Origin: Halioglobus sp.
GTDB lineage: Bacteria > Pseudomonadota > Gammaproteobacteria > Pseudomonadales > Halieaceae
NCBI GenBank assembly: GCA_037969215.1
Contig: JBBKWY010000036.1
Location: 16,065-80,064, forward strand
Reading direction: 5' to 3'
Length of the DNA: 64,000 bases
A program made the translations under genes and the position numbers. Shown here one piece after another: positions 57,980-64,000 of this stretch (the stretch's first letter is position 1; the number at the start of each line of letters is the position of its first letter). The notes below the pieces were generated by a model. It had not been told where the DNA came from, did no database searches, and saw only the letters and a list, made by a program, of their open reading frames with translations.

Positions 57980-58381
57980 TTGGGAAGAACGTTTGTGCAA
58001 ACTATTGTGATTGATGAGCCCCTGAATGTTTTTGGCGAAGCGCTGTTGTCCTGTAGTGAAGATCCGCTCACCGGGTTTCTTCGTGATGGCTGCTGCAATA
58101 CCAACGACCAGGATGTTGGATCTCATACCGTCTGTATCCAGGTGACTGAAGAGTTTCTGCAGTACTCCCGTTTCGCCGGGAACGACCTGAGCACCCCGAT
58201 GCCGGACTACGGGTTTCCAGGACTGAAGCCCGGTGACAGGTGGTGTTTGTGCGCAGCGCGATGGCTGCAGGCCTATGAGCAAGAAATGGCCCCCAAGGTC
58301 TTTCTTACGCGCACCCATATTCGAGCCCTTGAAACCGTTCCGATGGACGTGTTGCGCCGGTTCGCTGCCGACCTGAACTGA
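57980..58381 (+). CDS. DUF2237-family protein
   Basis: LNVFGEALLSCSEDPLTGFLRDGCCNT...GSHTVC pattern. Start ambiguous: TTG at 57980, GTG at 57995, or GTG at 58007. Confidence 0.7.
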   Translation: MGRTFVQTIVIDEPLNVFGEALLSCSEDPLTGFLRDGCCNTNDQDVGSHTVCIQVTEEFLQYSRFAGNDLSTPMPDYGFPGLKPGDRWCLCAARWLQAYEQEMAPKVFLTRTHIRALETVPMDVLRRFAADLN

Positions 58382-58417
58382 AGCGCACCGCCAGTCGCGG
58401 TGAAAAGAGGAGAATCT

Positions 58418-59089
58418 ATGTTGGCTGCCCCCCTTCCCACGGTGGAACTGAACCCTGAAAGCCCCCCGATTGCCGTCGTTATCTGGCTGCACGGTCTGGG
58501 TGCGGATGGCCACGATTTCGAGCCCATTGTGCCCGAGCTTCGCCTGCCTCCCAGCCTGCCGGTCCGTTTCGTCTTCCCCCATGCGCCCGAGATTGCGGTG
58601 ACCGCCTTTGGTGGGCAGCGCGCGCGGGCGTGGTTTGATTTCAATCCGTCAGGCGGCGCCGACGTGCCGGGGATGAAAAAATCAGCGGCGCGTATACGGG
58701 ACCTGATCCAGAACGAGATCGACAACGGTATACCTGCCGAGCGCATTTTGTTGGCCGGATTCTCGCAGGGCGGGGTGATGGCCCTTCACGTCGGGCTGTA
58801 CTATCCGAAGCAGTTGGCCGGAATCCTGGCCCTGTCAACATTCCTGGCTGAAGGCGAAAACCTGGCTGCGGGCAAGTCCGCTGCCAACGCGCACATTCCG
58901 ATTTTGATGTGTCATGGTCAGCAGGATGCGGTATTGCCTGTTTCACTGGGCAAATCCTCCCTGGTGAGCCTTGAGGGGGCGGGGTATACCGTTGAGTGGC
59001 GTGAGTATCAGATGGGTCACGAGGTCTGTCGGGAAGAGATACAGGATATCAGCCGCTGGTTACAGGCCGTTTTGAGCTTGCCTGGCTAG
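58418..59089 (+). CDS. Phospholipase/carboxylesterase-family alpha/beta hydrolase
   Basis: ATG at 58418 with an AAGAGGAG Shine-Dalgarno sequence. WLHGLGADG, GFSQGG nucleophile elbow, MCHGQQD, MGHEV. Confidence 0.85.
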   Translation: MLAAPLPTVELNPESPPIAVVIWLHGLGADGHDFEPIVPELRLPPSLPVRFVFPHAPEIAVTAFGGQRARAWFDFNPSGGADVPGMKKSAARIRDLIQNEIDNGIPAERILLAGFSQGGVMALHVGLYYPKQLAGILALSTFLAEGENLAAGKSAANAHIPILMCHGQQDAVLPVSLGKSSLVSLEGAGYTVEWREYQMGHEVCREEIQDISRWLQAVLSLPG

Positions 59090-59155
59090 CGTTAAGCAAT
59101 ACTGTGCAAGATGGCGTGCAACCGGTACCGGTGGCGCTGACAACAAGGAAGCAGC

Positions 59156-59554
59156 ATGTTTACACTAAAAAATCTGGGCCTGGGATTCGTGTTTTTATGG
59201 TTTATGGGCGGTGGTATTGCCCACTTCACCAATACGGAATTCTTCGCCGCGATCATGCCACCCTACATTGGCTATCACACAGAGATTGTCTATATCAGCG
59301 GCATTTTTGAGATACTGGGCGCTATCGGTATTGTGATTCCCGCGCTGCGCCAATGGGCGGGCAACGCGTTGCTGCTACTGGTCGTCTGTGTATCGCCGGC
59401 CAATATCCATATGTGGTTACACCCGGACTTATTCCCCGATGTGTCCCCGGCATTTCTCAGCGCACGCCTGGTTATCCAGGTTCTGCTACTGCTGTTGATC
59501 TGGTGGTGTACGCGAGTGCCCGAGCGTGGAGTCGACCCGACTGTCGCTGCCTGA
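59156..59554 (+). CDS. DoxX-like small membrane protein
   Basis: 132 aa with 4 predicted TM helices. Confidence 0.6.
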   Translation: MFTLKNLGLGFVFLWFMGGGIAHFTNTEFFAAIMPPYIGYHTEIVYISGIFEILGAIGIVIPALRQWAGNALLLLVVCVSPANIHMWLHPDLFPDVSPAFLSARLVIQVLLLLLIWWCTRVPERGVDPTVAA

Positions 59555-60172
59555 TACCGCGGTAAGGTGTAGCACCCAGCCCGTCTCGCCGGGTTCGAGT
59601 TGGTAGTGTATTTCTCTCGTGCCGCCGCTAGGTGTCGCATTGGTATCGCCATCCTGATAAACCGGAAAGCGCCGTACAAGGGTGTTGTCGGTGATCGTGA
59701 AGGTGTCGTGTCCCTGGTAGCCGAGACCGGGGCCGCCGCGCGTATCAAGCGGCGGAAGGTAGATTTCGCTCAGGCTTTTGCGGCTGTTTGAGGCGTAGGC
59801 AATCAGTCCGCCATAACTGCCACTGCCGGCGCTCGTGGTAAAGATGTAGATCTCGGGGCTGCCATCGTTATCCAGGTCTGCGACATGCGCACCGACAACA
59901 GTGCCATCGGCCTCGCGTTCCAGAGTGCTGTCGCCCAGCGTCAACCCGGTGGTCTCGATTGTCACCGGGCTCAGGGATGAATTGTTAGGGCTTGAGATGT
60001 GAAAGCTGATGCCCTGCAGCGCCAGTGTCTGGTCGAATGCTGGGGCCGTCAAGGGCTCTGCCGCAGCGGGCATTGTCCAGAGTGCGGCAACGCTGGCCGC
60101 CATCAGGACGCGGGCTAAGGTGAACCAATACGCTGTTGTGCGACTGCGCGTTATTCGATTGTGGATATTCAT
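59486..60172 (-). CDS. Exported protein, possibly a PliI-type periplasmic lysozyme-inhibitor family member (tentative)
   Basis: 228 aa with a signal peptide. VADLDNDGSPEIYIFTTSAGSGSYGGLIAYA...IYLPPL...RRFPVY...TNATPSGGTR pattern recalled from that family. The C-terminal 23 codons overlap the DoxX-like gene (convergent). Confidence 0.5.
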   Translation of the reverse strand: MNIHNRITRSRTTAYWFTLARVLMAASVAALWTMPAAAEPLTAPAFDQTLALQGISFHISSPNNSSLSPVTIETTGLTLGDSTLEREADGTVVGAHVADLDNDGSPEIYIFTTSAGSGSYGGLIAYASNSRKSLSEIYLPPLDTRGGPGLGYQGHDTFTITDNTLVRRFPVYQDGDTNATPSGGTREIHYQLEPGETGWVLHLTAVSGSDSRVDSTLGHSRTPPDQQQ

Positions 60173-60181
60173 AGGTCGGCC

Positions 60182-61243
60182 CTATCGTTGTGACGCGAAT
60201 AAGTGCAGTAAATCTGCCGCGGGTACCTCGCGGCATCCCGTGGCGTTTTGACCGCTCCACAATGGCGTGAAATCGTGACTTCCATTCGCTTCCGCCGCCG
60301 CACGCAGTAGAGAAACGGGTCCTGCCGCTGTTGGAAATGGCGCGACTGTGGAGGCCATCGGCCCCACCTCACGCACTAACCGATTGACGATGCTGCGGGC
60401 GGGTCGCCCGGTGAATACATTGGTCAGTGCAGTGTGTTGTGAGGCGTCGCTTTTCAGTGCCGCTCTGTGCAGGGCGGTGGTTTTCGCCTCCGGGCACAGC
60501 AAAAACGCAGTGCCTATCTGTACGCCAGCAGCACCCAGTGTCATCGCAGCGCTGACGCCCTCGGGACTGGCAATGCCGCCAGCGGCGATGACGGGTACCG
60601 ATATTGCTGCACAGATACGTGGCACGAGCGCCATGGTGCCTGTCTGCGTCGTCATATCCAGCGTGAGGAATGAGCCGCGATGGCCGCCTGCCTCCAGTCC
60701 CTGTGCGATAACGGCGTCGGCGCCGTGATCGGCCAGCCAGCGGGCCTCATCTACGGTAGTCGCCGTGGATAATATCTGTGCCCCCCAGGATTTGAGCTGG
60801 TCCAGCAGAGCGCGCTCCGGCAAACCAAAGTGGAAGCTCACTACCGCGGGCTTGAATGCTTCCAGTACCGACAGGGCCGCTTCACCAAACGGCTCTCGCG
60901 ATACGCCTGAACCCGCAGCAGGCGCTTCGAGGCCCAGTTCCCGAAAGTATCCCGACAGGCTTTGATACCAGTTTTCCACCTGCTGCGAACTCACCTTCGG
61001 TGTCTGATGGCAAAAGAAATTAACGTTGAAGGGCTTGTCTGTCAGGGTGGTGAGACGTTGCAATTCAGCTTCCAGCGCGACAGCGTCTAGCATGGCGCAG
61101 GGCAGGGATCCGAGTCCCCCTGCGTTCGATACTGCAGCAGCCAGTTCTGCATCCTGCACCCCCGCCATCGGCGCCTGGATAATGGGCAGGCCTATATTCA
61201 GCAGTTGTACTATCGTTTCTTTGGCAGATCGCTGTGCGTGCAT
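60182..61243 (-). CDS. NAD(P)H-dependent flavin oxidoreductase / nitronate monooxygenase family
   Basis: 353 aa. PIIQAPMAGV, and IAAGGIA FMN-binding motif. Confidence 0.9.
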   Translation of the reverse strand: MHAQRSAKETIVQLLNIGLPIIQAPMAGVQDAELAAAVSNAGGLGSLPCAMLDAVALEAELQRLTTLTDKPFNVNFFCHQTPKVSSQQVENWYQSLSGYFRELGLEAPAAGSGVSREPFGEAALSVLEAFKPAVVSFHFGLPERALLDQLKSWGAQILSTATTVDEARWLADHGADAVIAQGLEAGGHRGSFLTLDMTTQTGTMALVPRICAAISVPVIAAGGIASPEGVSAAMTLGAAGVQIGTAFLLCPEAKTTALHRAALKSDASQHTALTNVFTGRPARSIVNRLVREVGPMASTVAPFPTAAGPVSLLRAAAEANGSHDFTPLWSGQNATGCREVPAADLLHLFASQR

Positions 61244-61329
61244 TCGCTATTCTCCTTCGTCGGGGCCGTGAGGACGGGGAGCACATTTTTTCCAGTGTGC
61301 CACATTGCGGGACGGATGACCCGCCAGTG

Positions 61330-62217
61330 CTATGTCTTACAGATCGTTTGAATATAGTGTTTGATTGACGACCAGGCACGAGTCGCTTCCGGCACACCGG
61401 CCGTCACCAGGCCATGCCAGCCCTGTATCATCCCGGGCCAACTTTCCACGGTCACCTCGACGCCGGCGCGAAGTGCATTCGCGCCGAGCAGAATGGCGCC
61501 TTCGCGCACGGCATCAAACTGCCCTATCTGCAAATACATAGGGGGCAGGTCGCGCACATCCGCATAGGCGGCGGAGACCTGCGGATCCGTCAGGGAGAGC
61601 GTGTTGGCAAGATAATCACGGCCCCGATTGCGTACCCACTCGGGGGTCAGGAAGGGATCTCGACCGGATACGACAGGCCCGGACACAGACAAATCGAACC
61701 AGCCGGTCAGAGACACGAAGCACGCAGGTAATGGCAAGCTCTGATCCCGTAATCGCAGCAGCAAACTCATGGCCAGGCTGCCGCCACAGGATTCGCCGAT
61801 AAGCACGATGGTTGATGGGTCAGTCCCGGCTTCCAGTAGACCGCAGTAGGCGTTAAAGCAATCATTTGTGGCGGCGGGATACGGGTGCTCTGGCGCGAGC
61901 CGGTAGTCAGGCATAACGACTCTACAGCCAGTGTGTCGCGCGATAATTTCGGCGTAGAAATGGTATTCGTCTAACCCGGTTGAGACGAAGGCGCCGCCGT
62001 GACAGTGAAAGGCCGTGACACTGGTTGAGGTACCCGCCAGCGTATAATCACCACAGCGTACACCGCCGTAGTGGCTTATCGTTAACGCCAGATCCCCGGA
62101 GGTGGGATGCCCGTGAAAGGGCGCAAACATAGCGCGAACCGCGTTGAAGTCTGCCGCAGGGTCGGCAAAGTCCGGCGGTATCATGCTAATGATTGCTTGA
62201 AGTTCCTTACTCTGCAC
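61330..62217 (-). CDS. Alpha/beta hydrolase fold-3 (HSL-like) esterase
   Basis: 295 aa. HCHGGAF oxyanion motif, GESCGG nucleophile elbow. Confidence 0.85.
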   Translation of the reverse strand: MQSKELQAIISMIPPDFADPAADFNAVRAMFAPFHGHPTSGDLALTISHYGGVRCGDYTLAGTSTSVTAFHCHGGAFVSTGLDEYHFYAEIIARHTGCRVVMPDYRLAPEHPYPAATNDCFNAYCGLLEAGTDPSTIVLIGESCGGSLAMSLLLRLRDQSLPLPACFVSLTGWFDLSVSGPVVSGRDPFLTPEWVRNRGRDYLANTLSLTDPQVSAAYADVRDLPPMYLQIGQFDAVREGAILLGANALRAGVEVTVESWPGMIQGWHGLVTAGVPEATRAWSSIKHYIQTICKT

Positions 62218-62252
62218 CGTTTTTTCTCGCTTTCTGACTAACAGTAAAGGCG

Positions 62253-63398
62253 CTATATCGCGATGGTCTTCGCCGGTTTCGGTCCACCCAGTTTTGCCAG
62301 GTCTGAAAGGATATCAATAAACGCTTTAACGGACGCAAGCGGGGCCGATTCAGACATTGTATGGTAGCCCGAGGTGGGGATCTGCAGTGTCGTGCCGTCT
62401 ACCAGGCCATTCGAAGCACTGATAATACGGCCCATCTCCGTCGACCCAAGAGAGCGAGCATCCTCCCCTTCAGCGCGCAGCCGCACGTTCATTGCCTCTA
62501 CATATTCATCCTTCATCTGGACCTGAACGCCGCGCTGTTCACACAGCTTCGATAGCTTCTGGGTGAGTTTGACGTTGAAATCTGCGTTCGCATCCTTGTT
62601 CCGCAAGACCAGCTGCTGTTGCGAGGCCGCCTGAAAGTCGGGGTAGGGGCTGGTATCGACAACAATAAGTTGGTTGGTCTTGTTGCCAAATCGACGAAAC
62701 CATTCCAGCAGATAACGCCAGCTCTTCCCGGCCTCCTCCTGTGAGGTGAAAAAAACCGTGCCCTTAAAGCCCAGCTCGAACAGATAGACCAGCGCGGCGG
62801 CGGTCAGCACATTGTCCAACTGGCCCACCAGGGCTTGATCGGTAATTTTCAACGCATCGGCAAAGGCGACCGGCGTGCCCGCGACAAGATGTTCCAGGCC
62901 CTTCACTTCAAAAATCAGGTTATTCCGGTACTCGCAGATATAGGCGCGCGTGATCTCGCCGCGGCCGCGGTACATCCCCGACCAGGGCTCGTAGGCGTAG
63001 ACGTACTCGGCACTGAAGCGGTCGACAATTTTCTTCATCAGTTGCTCACCCACGGAGTTACCCAGTAGGTCTGAGCGGGAACCGGCGACGAAGGCGGCGT
63101 ACTGAAACTCGTTTGGTCCGGTGCAGATAAGCCCATGACGATCGATGTGCGCAGAGAGCATCAAGCTATTCGGCTTTGTGCCGCGCGCAACAAGCAGGCC
63201 TTCATACCAGGTCACTTGCGCGCCACGTTCCTCCAGCTCCCGTTGTAATACCCGGAAGAAGCTGTGCTCCGATCCCACCACACTGGGTTGGCGTATCAGC
63301 AACGCCAGTAGCTCCAGAAAACCCAGCGGGAGATCGACAGGGATCGTATCCCGTTGCGGGTGGTCCCGGGAGGTCGCGTGCTTGGTATCAGGCTTCAT
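62253..63398 (-). CDS. M42/M20-like metallopeptidase-fold protein (divergent)
   Basis: 381 aa. SAHIDRHG, LDNV, SQEEAG, VVDTS and GYHT line up with the metal-ligand blocks of M42 aminopeptidases. Assignment made by eye only. Confidence 0.55.
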   Translation of the reverse strand: MKPDTKHATSRDHPQRDTIPVDLPLGFLELLALLIRQPSVVGSEHSFFRVLQRELEERGAQVTWYEGLLVARGTKPNSLMLSAHIDRHGLICTGPNEFQYAAFVAGSRSDLLGNSVGEQLMKKIVDRFSAEYVYAYEPWSGMYRGRGEITRAYICEYRNNLIFEVKGLEHLVAGTPVAFADALKITDQALVGQLDNVLTAAALVYLFELGFKGTVFFTSQEEAGKSWRYLLEWFRRFGNKTNQLIVVDTSPYPDFQAASQQQLVLRNKDANADFNVKLTQKLSKLCEQRGVQVQMKDEYVEAMNVRLRAEGEDARSLGSTEMGRIISASNGLVDGTTLQIPTSGYHTMSESAPLASVKAFIDILSDLAKLGGPKPAKTIAI

Positions 63399-63642
63399 CG
63401 AAATTCAATCCCTTGTGGCAGCAAAAATGGTGGCTACTGCAGGCTGTGACACGATGGCAGGATGGACTATCAGCGGGCTGATTGGCAATCTAATTGTCTC
63501 TGCCGCAACCGTGTTTTTTCCGCAAAACGTGTCGGGTGCCGGGCGGCAGTCCATGCGAGAGATATTCCGCCGCCGGTAAGGTAGGATAGAAGCACTAAGA
63601 TCGGTGACTGGATCATCGGCATCTACAGGTTATAGAGCTTAC

Positions 63643-64000
63643 ATGTTTCGACTCTTTTTCCCCCCCGCAGGTCTGGCGTCTGCTGACAAAAGGCTGCTGC
63701 TGTTACTGGGTGCGGCTTTCTTTATCGGCACTTACGACATGGCTGTGCTCAGCCTCGCCCTGCCAGACATGCAGGCCAGTTTTAACATTGCCGAACAAGA
63801 TTTGGGGAATGTCATCGCCGCTGCCAGACTGGGAGCGCTGCCCGCCGTCTTCCTGGCGCTCCTCTCTGATCGCATCGGCCGACGACGCGTGTTGATGGTG
63901 ACCTTGCTGGGGCTTTCGATCACCACCGGCGCCACGGGGTTTGCGCGCACCACCGAAGAGTTTGTCGCAATCCAGTTTTGCGCACGAGGTTTTGCCACCG
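63643..64000 (+). CDS. MFS transporter, N-terminal fragment (3' end outside the window)
   Basis: Frame open from ATG at 63643 to the window end (MFRLFFPPAGLASADKRLLLLLGAAFFIGTYDMAVLSLALP...LSDRIGRRRV). Contains the MFS D-R-x-G-R-R loop motif. Not in the ORF track because there is no stop in-window. Confidence 0.75.
   Translation, partial: MFRLFFPPAGLASADKRLLLLLGAAFFIGTYDMAVLSLALPDMQASFNIAEQDLGNVIAAARLGALPAVFLALLSDRIGRRRVLMVTLLGLSITTGATGFARTTEEFVAIQFCARGFAT

Overview
This is a 64-kb stretch of a gammaproteobacterial chromosome, roughly 55-60% GC by eye. The synteny looks Pseudomonas/Cellvibrionales-like, but the taxon is inference only.

Gene content:
- **1-26 kb, mostly core genes:** pilM (3' fragment), pilN, pilO, pilP, pilQ, aroK, aroB, hemE, cysE with a TrmB-family methyltransferase, and a tightly packed comF-modA-modB-modC-srkA string. 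Then bioB-bioF-(bioH/bioC fusion)-bioD, a large acyl-CoA dehydrogenase, tRNA-Pro(CGG), epmB, mtnA and gcvT.
- **26-36 kb:** a six-gene translationally coupled MoxR/DUF58/DUF4381/VWA/VWA-TPR/BatD (Bat-like) operon, preceded by an HNH nuclease gene. Next comes an overlapping HD-GYP + EAL gene pair.
- **36-64 kb, mixed block:** redox, hydrolase and detoxification genes, three large or orphan lipoproteins, a low-GC O-acyltransferase, two F420-type enzyme families, a RIO-type kinase, and a partial MFS transporter at the 3' edge.

I see no rRNA, CRISPR array, transposase, integrase, prophage or recognisable canonical defence system. I cannot point to one convincingly novel multi-gene system.

The most unusual items:
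1. An orphan signal-peptide fibre-like protein beside tRNA-Pro, with 17-residue repeats and a phage-type self-cleaving chaperone domain, but no phage context.
2. The Bat-like MoxR-VWA operon and its HNH neighbour.
3. A coupled HD-GYP/EAL pair in which both proteins carry substitutions at metal-ligand positions.
4. A single-ORF BioH-BioC fusion.
5. A low-GC acyltransferase island followed by 461 nt of non-coding DNA.
6. A 627-aa orphan lipoprotein.

All family assignments come from reading motifs in the supplied translations. No database search was run.
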